Part shown: positions 1-8,315 of the stretch, piece after piece
How the letters are laid out: every line of letters begins with the position of its first letter
How positions within the stretch are numbered: the first letter of the stretch is position 1
Origin: a candidate division WOR-3 bacterium
GTDB lineage: Bacteria; Hydrothermota; Hydrothermia; B15-G9; WFZT01
DNA: 27,501 bases
NCBI GenBank assembly: GCA_027053075.1
Contig: JALUEE010000094.1
Location: 1 to 27,501 of the forward strand
Reading direction: 5' to 3'
The notes under the pieces: model-generated
The model's input: only the letters and a program-made list of their open reading frames with translations
Databases searched by the model: none
Told to the model about the DNA's origin: nothing
Position numbers and translations under genes: made by a program

Positions 1-2
1 AA

Positions 3-473
3 ATTAAACCTTATCTGATCCGTGAAGATGTCAAAGAGCAGGAAAACCCCATTGGAGAGTACTATCAGACACCGGAGGAGCACGAGTACTATTCTCAGTT
101 TTCATTCTGTATCAAGTGTGGTCTCTGCCTTGCTGCATGTCCTTCAGTGGCATCTGATCCGGAGTATCTTGGTCCTCAGGCTCTGACACAGGCATATAGA
201 TATTCTGTGGATACGAGGGATGAAGGATTCCTCCAGAGGGTTATGGTTGTGGACGACCCGCACGGATGCTGGAGATGTCACTACGCTGGTGCATGCTCTG
301 AGGTCTGTCCCAAGGGAGTTGACCCGGCAAAGGCTATCCAGCTTCTAAAGGGATTGATCCTCAAATACAGGCTGGGACTGAAGAAAAAGAGAAAGGGAGC
401 TGGAGTCATCCCGGCACATCCGAGACCGGGCATCAAGAAAGCTCCCAAGAGGACAGTTCCACAGGAGAGTTAG
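3..473 (+). CDS. sdhB: Succinate dehydrogenase/fumarate reductase iron-sulfur subunit, 5'-truncated by window edge
   Basis: Frame is open from nt 3 (IKPYLIRED...FSFCIKCGLCLAACP...YLGPQAL...GCWRCHYAGACSEVCPKGVDP). Contains the CxxCxxCxxxCP and CxxxxxCxxxCP cluster motifs of SdhB/FrdB. Confidence 0.9.
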   Translation: MKPYLIREDVKEQENPIGEYYQTPEEHEYYSQFSFCIKCGLCLAACPSVASDPEYLGPQALTQAYRYSVDTRDEGFLQRVMVVDDPHGCWRCHYAGACSEVCPKGVDPAKAIQLLKGLILKYRLGLKKKRKGAGVIPAHPRPGIKKAPKRTVPQES

Positions 474-491
474 AAAAGTTTTTGGAAGATG

Positions 492-536
492 AGTTGTTGG
501 GGCGGCGCCCTTCGGGCGCCGCCCCAACAACTTTTT
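492..536 (+). terminator. Rho-independent terminator after sdhB
   Basis: Perfect 19-bp GC-rich stem (492-510/514-532) followed by a T run, about 20 nt after the stop. Confidence 0.85.
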
Positions 537-578
537 ACTCCCATAGAAGTTTCACCCCCGCTGAATTATAATTTCCCC

Positions 579-1286
579 ATGAGTTACGAAGGAAAGGCAA
601 AAATCATGAAGGATGGTCCTACTGAGGGGACCATGATAATGTACTTTAAGGACGATGTAACTGCCGGAAACGGCAAAAAGAAAGATTCTATCCCGGGCAA
701 AGGAAAGATAAACAAAGCCATTACATTGAAACTCCTTCAGCTTCTTGAGGACAACGGGATTGAGACCCATTTGATTGAAGATATCGATGAGCGGAGTATT
801 CTCGTTAAAAAGCTCAAAATCTTCCCCCTTGAAGTGGTGGTGAGAAACAAGGCAACCGGCAGCATTGTAAGAAGATTGGGCTTTGAGAAAGGCACGGAAT
901 TCAAAAGGCCACTCTTCGAGCTATTTTACAAAAACGATGAACTTCATGATCCACTGATCTGTCAGGAGCACGCGTTTGCCATGAACCTCATTTATCCAGA
1001 CGATCTTCTTCTGGTTCGAAAGACTACGCTGAATGCTAATGAAATCTTGAAGGAATATTTCTCCGGTATCGGGTTTGACCTCATTGATATTAAATTCGAA
1101 TTTGGGGTAGATGAGAAAGAGAATATCTACCTTGCCGACGAAATTTCTCCAGATACCATGAGGCTCTGGGAAAAGGAAACTCAGGTGAGCTTTGATAAGG
1201 ATGTATTCAGAGAGGATAAGGCTGATCTTCTTAAGACTTACAGAGAAGTGGCAAAGAGAATGGGGCTGAAAGTTGAAGGAATTTAA
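579..1286 (+). CDS. purC: SAICAR synthetase
   Basis: YEGKAK, FKDD.TA, PLEVVVRN.ATGS, ELFYKND.LHDP, DIKFEFG, LADEISPDTMRLW, DKDVFR. Start moved to ATG 579 because the longer ORF runs through the terminator. Confidence 0.95.
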   Translation: MSYEGKAKIMKDGPTEGTMIMYFKDDVTAGNGKKKDSIPGKGKINKAITLKLLQLLEDNGIETHLIEDIDERSILVKKLKIFPLEVVVRNKATGSIVRRLGFEKGTEFKRPLFELFYKNDELHDPLICQEHAFAMNLIYPDDLLLVRKTTLNANEILKEYFSGIGFDLIDIKFEFGVDEKENIYLADEISPDTMRLWEKETQVSFDKDVFREDKADLLKTYREVAKRMGLKVEGI

Positions 1287-1521
1287 AGTCAGCGTAAAAA
1301 TCTCTCTAAGACCCGAACTTTTCGATCCCGAGGGCAAAACCATAGAAAGGGCCATAAACAGATTGGGTATTGAGGTGCAGGATACGAGAGTCTCCAAAGT
1401 GGTCGAATTTAAAATAAACGCCAGTGATCAGGGTGAAGCAAGGGAGAAGGTTGAAGAGATTGTTAAAAAATTCCTGGCAAACCCGGTTCTACACACCTAC
1501 ACCATCCAGATAGAAGAATGA
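1273..1521 (+). CDS. purS: FGAM synthase subunit PurS
   Basis: DPEGKTI...LANPV motifs, 82 aa, between purC and purQ; TTG start. Confidence 0.93.
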   Translation: MKEFKVSVKISLRPELFDPEGKTIERAINRLGIEVQDTRVSKVVEFKINASDQGEAREKVEEIVKKFLANPVLHTYTIQIEE

Positions 1522-2192
1522 AGCCCAGAGCAGGTATATTCGTTTTCCCGGGCACAAATTGTGATTACGATACCCTTTATGTCTTGAGGGAAGTTGTTGG
1601 GATAGAGTCCAATTTCATTTTCCATACAGAAAGGGGATGGAGTGAGAAGTACAATTTTGTAGTCCTTCCTGGAGGCTTTTCCTATGGAGATTACCTTCGC
1701 CCCGGTGCGATTGCAAAAATTTCTCCTGTGATAGAGGAGCTACATGAATTTGTTGAGAAGGAAAAGGGGCTTGTTCTTGGTATCTGCAACGGATTTCAGG
1801 TTCTCACCGAGGCAGGATTTCTCAAAGGTGCTTTAATTAGAAATGACAATCTGAAATTTATCTGTAAGAACGTGGAACTTGAGGTTGTGTCAAACTCAAC
1901 ACCCTTCACGTCACTTTACGAAGAGGGGCAGGTGGTAACCATGCCGATCGCCCACAGTGATGGCAAATTCATTGTGCCTGAGGGTGAAAAGATTGACGAT
2001 CTTGTTGTTTTCAGGTATCACGGTGAGAATCCCAACGGTTCTTTTGAAGCCATCGCAGGAATAACCAACGAGAAGAGGAATGTTCTGGGACTTATGCCCC
2101 ATCCGGAAAGGCGCTCCGAGGAAATCCTCGGCGGTGTGGACGGCCGTTACATGTTCGAAGCAGTCAAAAATTACCTCTATGGCTTAGTCTAA
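1518..2192 (+). CDS. purQ: FGAM synthase glutaminase subunit PurQ
   Basis: FPGTNCD, PGGFSYGDYLR, GICNGFQ (catalytic Cys), AH.DG, MPHPER. Confidence 0.96.
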   Translation: MKPRAGIFVFPGTNCDYDTLYVLREVVGIESNFIFHTERGWSEKYNFVVLPGGFSYGDYLRPGAIAKISPVIEELHEFVEKEKGLVLGICNGFQVLTEAGFLKGALIRNDNLKFICKNVELEVVSNSTPFTSLYEEGQVVTMPIAHSDGKFIVPEGEKIDDLVVFRYHGENPNGSFEAIAGITNEKRNVLGLMPHPERRSEEILGGVDGRYMFEAVKNYLYGLV

Positions 2193-2218
2193 GGATAATT
2201 TACATTGGCAGTAATTTC

Positions 2219-2548
2219 CTAATTTTTCCCCGTTATTTTTGAAGTGATCCTCTCAAGATTTTTTAAATAAATCTCAAAGGCGGACCTCCCTTTCTCCGTA
2301 ATGCTGTAAAGAGTTAAAGGCTTTTTACCGACAAACTTTTTCTCCACCTTGATGTAGCCAGCGTTTTCTAATTTACTTACATGGGCCGAGAGGTTCCCCT
2401 TTGACAATCCAGTCATATTTAGAAGGAATTTAAAATCTCCTTCCTCCACTCCATAAAGAACAGCCATAATTGCAAGACGAGAAGGCTCATGTATAACCTT
2501 ATCAATGTCTTTAATTTCGCGGAAAAAATCTTTATCACCCATCGACAT
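2219..2548 (-). CDS. Winged-helix transcriptional regulator (ArsR/MarR-like, HTH_34 type)
   Basis: IHEPSRLAIM...LSKGNLSAHVSKLENAGYI.VEKKFVGKKP.T.Y.ITEKGR.AF. ATG 2548 is preceded by GGAG. Confidence 0.85.
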   Translation of the reverse strand: MSMGDKDFFREIKDIDKVIHEPSRLAIMAVLYGVEEGDFKFLLNMTGLSKGNLSAHVSKLENAGYIKVEKKFVGKKPLTLYSITEKGRSAFEIYLKNLERITSKITGKN

Positions 2549-3122
2549 TAAACTCCTTTTTGAATCTGATGTAAGTAACCACTCCACTAACAAGAATTAC
2601 GATACCCATAAGAATAAGAGAAACCACTACTCCATGGTCGCCCCTGTACAAAAGTGAAATGATTGGTGGTAGAATAGCCTCAATAATGCCAAGATAAACC
2701 AGGCGACGTACATTCCAGTAAAGTCCTGTGAAAACCAGTACAAATAGGGATATTAGTGAAACTGGTACCCACCAGATTGAGCCTGAGATTACCGCAAATG
2801 CAAAAAGTATCCCTAAGACAGCAATAATGAGCATGTAAATAATTTTACCCGGGCTCGATTTCCGTGTAACGGGTTTAAAATATCCGGTAACAGGTTGTAT
2901 ATATTTAGCCTTTAGCCAACGGATTATGTATGGCCCGGCAAATATAATTCCGATCTGTATAGCCACAAGTATAGAACGATAAGTTTTTGAAAGGTTTTGA
3001 TACGAGAGCAAAAGGGCTATGACGGAAGATATGACAAGTATTGTGCCTGTTACAATTTCTGCCACACCGTCAATCCACCACATGCTTCTTGATCTCATTG
3101 TAAGCTTTTTTACGTCTTTCAT
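2535..3122 (-). CDS. Hypothetical integral membrane protein (about 6 TM helices)
   Basis: Several hydrophobic stretches; overlaps both neighbours (ATGA coupling at 3119-3122). Confidence 0.75.
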   Translation of the reverse strand: MKDVKKLTMRSRSMWWIDGVAEIVTGTILVISSVIALLLSYQNLSKTYRSILVAIQIGIIFAGPYIIRWLKAKYIQPVTGYFKPVTRKSSPGKIIYMLIIAVLGILFAFAVISGSIWWVPVSLISLFVLVFTGLYWNVRRLVYLGIIEAILPPIISLLYRGDHGVVVSLILMGIVILVSGVVTYIRFKKEFNVDG

Positions 3123-4207
3123 TTTTTAATCCTCCTTGCAATTTCTATTGATTTTGCAAAATCGATTCTACCAAATCCGGTATATTGGTCAAATCCCGGA
3201 GCTCCTATATCTTTTGCTCCTTCTTTTACTATTGAAACAACTTCATCTGCACTAAGATCAGGCCTAATAGAGCGAATTAAGGCAACAAGACCGCTAACAA
3301 TCGCTGTTGCCATGGATGTTGCCCCATACTCGATTGTGTCTCGAATGGAGGAGAATTTGATATCTTCTGGTCCAAAGGGTGAATCGTCAGCTTTGTAAAA
3401 TCGCGGATCATGAGGCTCCGCGATGATTAATGATTCAGAAGGGGCAACTACGGTCAGACGAGAGCTGAAGTTCGAGCCCTGCTTAATATTTAACTCGGGA
3501 ATTTGGGTTACCCATCTAACGTCGTTCAGTGTCGAGGCGCCAGCCACAATGATATTTGAAAGGCCTTTCCCGGGATAATTTTCATATTTGATGTTGGAGT
3601 TTCCTGCTTCAATAACAATTACAACATCATGGGTAGCTGCATATTGAAAGGCTGAATCGAGTACAGAACAGTCATCCAGAAGTGCGCTGATGTTAATAAC
3701 TTTAACACCTCTGTCCGCAAGATATTTAATGGCCTCAGAGGTGGTTCTATTTACATAGTTTTTCCATTCTTTCCCGAATTTAGAAAGTTCGTTCGAGTGT
3801 TTAATTATCTCTGACTGAAAATCCTTCAAGCTGGCCCCTGGATGTTGGAGTTCATATTCTTTTTTAAGTTTAAGGAGTGTGTGCTCAATTACACCTGTAG
3901 AAGCTGTAAGGATGGGACAATTTGGTGCGAGGGAATGAATAACACTCGCGACAGCTGTTCCATGGGCAATAACTTCGTATACTTCCGGATGGTAAACACC
4001 ATCTGCAAAGTAACCAGGCCTGAGGGAATTCTTCAAATCAGGATGGTAAAAATCAAATCCCATGTCAACTATACCAATTAGGGTGGCATAGCTCCCCTTT
4101 GAATATTTCCATGCTGAATCAACCTCAATCAGATCCCAAAAAGAAGAGCGATAAAGATTTGCCCGAAACACAGAAAGCAGTATTATTGCGGAAACTAACC
4201 AATTCAT
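3119..4207 (-). CDS. S8 (subtilisin-like) serine protease, probably exported
   Basis: Triad motifs IVDMG (Asp), HGTAVAS (His), GATSMAT (Ser); oxyanion AGN; C-terminal PGFDQYTGFGRID; hydrophobic N-terminus; AAGGAGG RBS. Confidence 0.88.
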   Translation of the reverse strand: MNWLVSAIILLSVFRANLYRSSFWDLIEVDSAWKYSKGSYATLIGIVDMGFDFYHPDLKNSLRPGYFADGVYHPEVYEVIAHGTAVASVIHSLAPNCPILTASTGVIEHTLLKLKKEYELQHPGASLKDFQSEIIKHSNELSKFGKEWKNYVNRTTSEAIKYLADRGVKVINISALLDDCSVLDSAFQYAATHDVVIVIEAGNSNIKYENYPGKGLSNIIVAGASTLNDVRWVTQIPELNIKQGSNFSSRLTVVAPSESLIIAEPHDPRFYKADDSPFGPEDIKFSSIRDTIEYGATSMATAIVSGLVALIRSIRPDLSADEVVSIVKEGAKDIGAPGFDQYTGFGRIDFAKSIEIARRIKK

Positions 4208-4225
4208 TTTTATCCTCCTTCGTAG

Positions 4226-4254
4226 TAAACTGGTTTATATTGTAAACCAGTTTA
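4226..4254. promoter_or_regulatory. Palindromic operator overlapping the -10 box of the protease operon
   Basis: Perfect inverted repeat TAAACTGGTTTA-N5-TAAACCAGTTTA (4226-4237/4243-4254). Confidence 0.75.
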
Positions 4255-4267
4255 AAAATTTTGTCAA
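4239..4267 (-). promoter_or_regulatory. Sigma70-type promoter of the protease operon
   Basis: Minus strand TTGACA (4267-4262), 17 bp, TACAAT (4244-4239). Confidence 0.8.
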
Positions 4268-4275
4268 GAGAGGGC

Positions 4276-4398
4276 GAGCCTGTTCGAAAAATCTCAAATC
4301 CATTAATTTTTGTTGAAAAATTTGCCCCCCACCTATTTCCTCCCCCACGCACAAAGTGCGCGTGGGGAGGATAGGAGGGGGAATTTTCGAACACACTC
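4276..4398. mobile_element. 123-bp MITE-like element (copy 1) with a 9-bp target-site duplication
   Basis: Ends GAGCCTGTTCGAAAA / TTTTCGAACACACTC (13/15 inverted match). Flanked by direct repeat AGAGAGGGC (4267-4275 and 4399-4407). Internal GC-rich hairpin at about 4338-4371. Confidence 0.8.
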
Positions 4399-4534
4399 AG
4401 AGAGGGCGAAATTTCAGGTTTTTGTGGCGCAAAAAGGTCACTTTTAGGAGAAAGCCTAATTATTTGGGCTCGCTTCCAGAATTACTTTCTCTTTCGCCGC
4501 TTGGAGCAGGGAAGAGAAGTGCTTTTTCATTTTT

Positions 4535-4550
4535 GGGCACAGACTTTGCA
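4535..4550 (+). promoter_or_regulatory. Putative sigma54 (-24/-12) promoter motif
   Basis: GGGCACAGACTTTGCA matches TGGCACG-N4-TTGCW with exact GG-N10-GC spacing. Confidence 0.5.
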
Positions 4551-4653
4551 TATGCAAATGTTTGTTGGGGGAATATAAGTAGAGCTTAGTGAAAAAGCTT
4601 TGTTGACTCACAAGATGATGGGACAATCATTTGTATTATACTTCGGCAAACAT

Positions 4654-4917
4654 CTCCCTCTCCCCGCATAAATTCATTGCGGGGAGAGGCCAGGAGAGGG
4701 ACTACATCTGAAGACTCTTTCACTAAAAAATCCTTAAATTTCCCTCTCCCGCTTGCGGGAGAGGGTTGGGGTGAGGGTCTTCATCTTGAATTTTTATAAA
4801 TTTCAAGCGGAAGCCCCCTCCCTTTAATCCCTCCCCACAGGCTTTGCCTGTGGGGGGAGGGCGAATTTTGAGGTTGCGGGGAGAGAAATGAGATGTGAGT
4901 ATACATCTTGAATTTTT
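4654..4917. repeat. Cluster of polypyrimidine/polypurine palindromic repeats (REP/BoxC-like)
   Basis: Hairpins at 4657-4689, 4742-4765 (+TTGGGGTGAGGG) and 4814-4861 (inverted), plus a half copy at 4876-4917. Shared tail CATCT(T)GAA. Confidence 0.8.
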
Positions 4918-5127
4918 ATCAAAAAGTCAATCTCTCTCGCAAAACGAAATATGGTGAAGGTAAGGGTTTAAGTTTTCCCAAGCACTCATCTTTTAATGCC
5001 AGATTCGCAAGCAAGAGAAAAGACACAGATTAAGCGGTGCCTCTCACGGTGGTCATGGAAAGAAGATTTTAGAGCATGTTTGATTTAGAGAATGAACTCT
5101 ATGGAGACACACTTTATCATATAAACC

Positions 5128-8100
5128 ATGCAGGAGTTAAAGAGACTCGTTGGTGAAAATTCCTCGCAGATTATTAAGGTTACGGCCTCTGCAGGAAGCG
5201 GCAAAACCTGGATTCTGTCGCTCAGATACATCCATCTCGTCCTCTCAGATCATATTGCTCATAATGACCCGGACAATATTCTTGCCATTACATTCACAAA
5301 CGATGCCACAAAGGAGATGCGTCGCAGAATCATCGAATACCTTAAAAAACTCTACTTAGAGCCAGATTCTGAAATCAGCAGGAGCATCAGAGAGGTTGTT
5401 GACACCAGGAATCCATCAGAAAAAGCCGCAAAAATGGTTGACACCATCATAAGAAGTATGGACAAATTCAGGGTGAGCACCATTGACAGCTTCATTCATA
5501 CGATTATTCAGGCCTCTACCTACGAGCTTGGATTGCCCCCTGAATATACAATTTTGAAAAATACAAATGAATTCTTTGGACTTGCCTTCGACAACCTGCT
5601 TGCCAGGGTTACAAAGGATGACAGGTTGAGAGAGCTTTTTGTAAGCCTGATTTATTCTGGCCTGACCAAGTCCTTTAAGCCCTGGGAAGAGATAAAATCG
5701 AAATTAGGTAAGTTCTTTGATAAGGAAACCACATACACAAAGGAAATTGATATTCCATCATATCCTGATGAGGAAGAGAGGGAACTTCTGGAGGAGTTTA
5801 AAAATTTGTACGAGGAGATTAACAGAGAATCTGGTAATACTTCAGATAATTCAGTTGAAATTGTCAGAAATGCCAGGAGGGTGATGGAGATTCTTGGGTA
5901 TTTCAAGGAAAGAAAGGGGTTAATTAACAAAAGAAATAGGAGAAAATATCCGAAACTTGTTTCTGATATAGAAAATGTCCTGCACAGAATGGCAGACTAT
6001 GAAAACACAAAGAGACTTTCGATTTACAACGAATTTTATAAACTCGTCAAAAGTGAGGTTGAGAGGCTTAAGATCAAGCATCGGGGGATATTCCTCGGGG
6101 AACTGAATAAAAAGATAAATGAGCTCCTCAAGGAGAGTTTGCCTCCCTGGATTTACTATAAGCTTGGATTCACCATTTACCATTACCTCATTGACGAGTT
6201 CCAGGATACAAGCGAACTCCAATGGGAAAATATCCGTCCATTGATCGAAGAATCACTATCCAAAGGAGGCACTCTTTTTTACGTGGGTGACCCCAAACAG
6301 CTCCTTTACAGATTCAGGGGGAGCTCATTTAAGACCTTTGATAGGCCGCAGGAAGATTTTTCTCATTTCGGATTGGTCCCTATCGAGCTCAGGAAGAACT
6401 GGAGAAGCCGGGAAAGAATAGTAAAATTCAACAACAAAATCTTTTCCGAGAAGAATCTCTCTCGATTCATTGACCGGTTCATAGAAAAATTAGCCCAGAG
6501 GGATGCAAGTAATGCCCGCATTTACAACGAAAAATTTAAAAAAGACCTCGAAAATACGCTTCTTGAGCGGTTTAAAGATGCAGAACAGAAATTCCATGAA
6601 GAGAAGGAAGGTGGCTACGTTAAAATCAGAACGGTGAAGAAGAAGGGTAATAGAAACGAGAAGGAAGAATTTCAAAAATGGCTTCTGGAGATTCTTGAGG
6701 ATGTGACGCGCAGGTATGACTATAAAGATATCGCAATTCTTGTCGGGAAAAATAAAGAAGTCGGGGAAATTTCAGCGTTTCTTGCAGAGAGGTATCCTGT
6801 ATCGTCCTTTGTAAGTTTAGATGTCAGGAACCACCCGGTTGTGCGGGCAATAATAAACCTTTTGAGCTTCCTGGATTACCCACCGGACAACCTTTCGTTT
6901 TACAAGTTCCTAAAGTCTGATGTATTTAAAGAGGCCTGCATTCAAAGTGGACTTTGCGATAACAACTTCGATATTGACACCTGGATGCTTAAAAATTTCA
7001 GCGGAAGCACTCCACTTTACTCGGATTTCAGAAAATCTTTCAAACCCATCTGGGATGAGCTGTTTGATGAGATTTTCAAAAAAGTTGGATACTATCCACC
7101 CTATGACCTGGTGTGGCAGATAATAGAGAGATTTAACATCATGGAAAGATTTCCGGGTTCAGAGGCCTTTGTCCATAAGTTTCTCGATAAAATTTATCAG
7201 ATGGAGGAAGATGGTGCACTTTCGTTGAAGGATATCCTTGAAATTGTGAAAAATCAGTCGGAGGGTTTTAGCCTCACGCAGAGTGAAGGAATAAACGTCA
7301 AAACCATCCACAAGGCAAAGGGACTGGAGTTTGAGGTTGCCATTGTCGCAAGTTTTCACAGTTTTTCGCAAGGGGGAAAAGATGAAAGTATAAATTTTAT
7401 AGAAGACGATGAAAATATTCGTGTGTTCAACAATGAGAAAAAGTATTTCCTCTCCAGGACCATCAGGGGATACAAGCAGAAGGCAGATGTCGAAAGCCTT
7501 ATTGACAATTTGAATACATTTTACGTGGCCCTTACAAGGGCAAAATCCGAGCTTTACATTTTCCTCAATTCAGACTACCTGAATCTACTTTTTGAGGATG
7601 ATACAGAGGAGGAATACGGCTCTCCAGTGGAGCAGAAAAGAGAGGTGAAAGAGGAGCCGGGTCCTGGAGAAATTTCTTATCCTCTTCGGGACTGGCACGG
7701 CCTTCTTGCAAACAGGTTCAGCGAGGCAGGTCTTAAAGAAACTGTTAGAAGAGGGGACCTGATTCACAGAATACTCTCGAAAATAGAGAGGCTCGAGCAT
7801 TTGCCTGGTTCGCAAATGTTCGAGAATTACATGAAAGAGTTCATTATAAACACCCAGAGGGAAATCGGTTATAAGGCCGATGCAGAGGAGATTTACCAGG
7901 AATTTTTAAAATTCTTCAGTGATAGCCGAATTGTGGACCTTTTTAGCGGAGATTTGATTTACAACGAAAAGGAAATCTTTGACAGGGATGGCAACCATCT
8001 GAGAATTGATAAGCTTGTTTTCAAAGATAACAAAATTTACGTGGTGGAGTTTAAGACAGGTGAGGAAGAGCCAGCCCATGTTAGTCAGGTAAAACAATAC

Positions 8101-8190
8101 ATGCGGGCACTCGAAGAGCTCCATCCCGAGCATGAGGTTTACGGGTATCTTGTTTACTTTGATGGGCCGGTTGTAAAGGAAGTTCGATAG
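5128..8190 (+). CDS. addA: AddA-like UvrD-family helicase with C-terminal PD-(D/E)XK nuclease
   Basis: ASAGSGKT, AITFT, TIDSF, IDEFQDT, VGDPKQ..YRFRG, NWRS, TIHKAKGLEF, YVALTRA; nuclease RGDLIH...RID...EFKTG. Confidence 0.85.
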   Translation: MQELKRLVGENSSQIIKVTASAGSGKTWILSLRYIHLVLSDHIAHNDPDNILAITFTNDATKEMRRRIIEYLKKLYLEPDSEISRSIREVVDTRNPSEKAAKMVDTIIRSMDKFRVSTIDSFIHTIIQASTYELGLPPEYTILKNTNEFFGLAFDNLLARVTKDDRLRELFVSLIYSGLTKSFKPWEEIKSKLGKFFDKETTYTKEIDIPSYPDEEERELLEEFKNLYEEINRESGNTSDNSVEIVRNARRVMEILGYFKERKGLINKRNRRKYPKLVSDIENVLHRMADYENTKRLSIYNEFYKLVKSEVERLKIKHRGIFLGELNKKINELLKESLPPWIYYKLGFTIYHYLIDEFQDTSELQWENIRPLIEESLSKGGTLFYVGDPKQLLYRFRGSSFKTFDRPQEDFSHFGLVPIELRKNWRSRERIVKFNNKIFSEKNLSRFIDRFIEKLAQRDASNARIYNEKFKKDLENTLLERFKDAEQKFHEEKEGGYVKIRTVKKKGNRNEKEEFQKWLLEILEDVTRRYDYKDIAILVGKNKEVGEISAFLAERYPVSSFVSLDVRNHPVVRAIINLLSFLDYPPDNLSFYKFLKSDVFKEACIQSGLCDNNFDIDTWMLKNFSGSTPLYSDFRKSFKPIWDELFDEIFKKVGYYPPYDLVWQIIERFNIMERFPGSEAFVHKFLDKIYQMEEDGALSLKDILEIVKNQSEGFSLTQSEGINVKTIHKAKGLEFEVAIVASFHSFSQGGKDESINFIEDDENIRVFNNEKKYFLSRTIRGYKQKADVESLIDNLNTFYVALTRAKSELYIFLNSDYLNLLFEDDTEEEYGSPVEQKREVKEEPGPGEISYPLRDWHGLLANRFSEAGLKETVRRGDLIHRILSKIERLEHLPGSQMFENYMKEFIINTQREIGYKADAEEIYQEFLKFFSDSRIVDLFSGDLIYNEKEIFDRDGNHLRIDKLVFKDNKIYVVEFKTGEEEPAHVSQVKQYMRALEELHPEHEVYGYLVYFDGPVVKEVR

Positions 8191-8303
8191 TATGTTTGAA
8201 AAATTCGAGATATTTAAAAATGGATTTTTCCCCACCTGTCTCCTCCCACACGCACTTTCGTGCGTGGGGGAGGATGGGAGGGGGTAAATCTCCAAACGCG
8301 TTC
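8188..8303. mobile_element. 116-bp MITE-like element (copy 2) between addA and addB
   Basis: The 3' ~70 nt align with copy 1 (CCCACCT.T.TCCTCCC..ACGCAC...GTGCG..GGGGAGGAT.GGAGGGGG). Degenerate ends TAGTATGTTTGAAAA / TCTCCAAACGCGTTC. AGGAAGT is repeated at 8177-8183 and 8304-8310. Confidence 0.7.
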
Positions 8304-8315
8304 AGGAAGTGAATC

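Noticed and set aside
489..578. N-terminal extension of PurC in the ORF track
   Set aside because: It runs through the sdhB terminator; PurC similarity starts at MSYEGKAK.
3119..4207. IetAS-type or other protease defence system
   Set aside because: No AAA ATPase or effector partner; the protease appears exported.
4125..4589. ORFs 4125..4394 (-) and 4356..4589 (+)
   Set aside because: They are translations of the MITE, promoter and operator, with no recognisable motifs.
4276..4917. CRISPR array
   Set aside because: Repeats are divergent, in both orientations and irregularly spaced; no cas genes. The AddB nuclease domain is Cas4-like only by fold.
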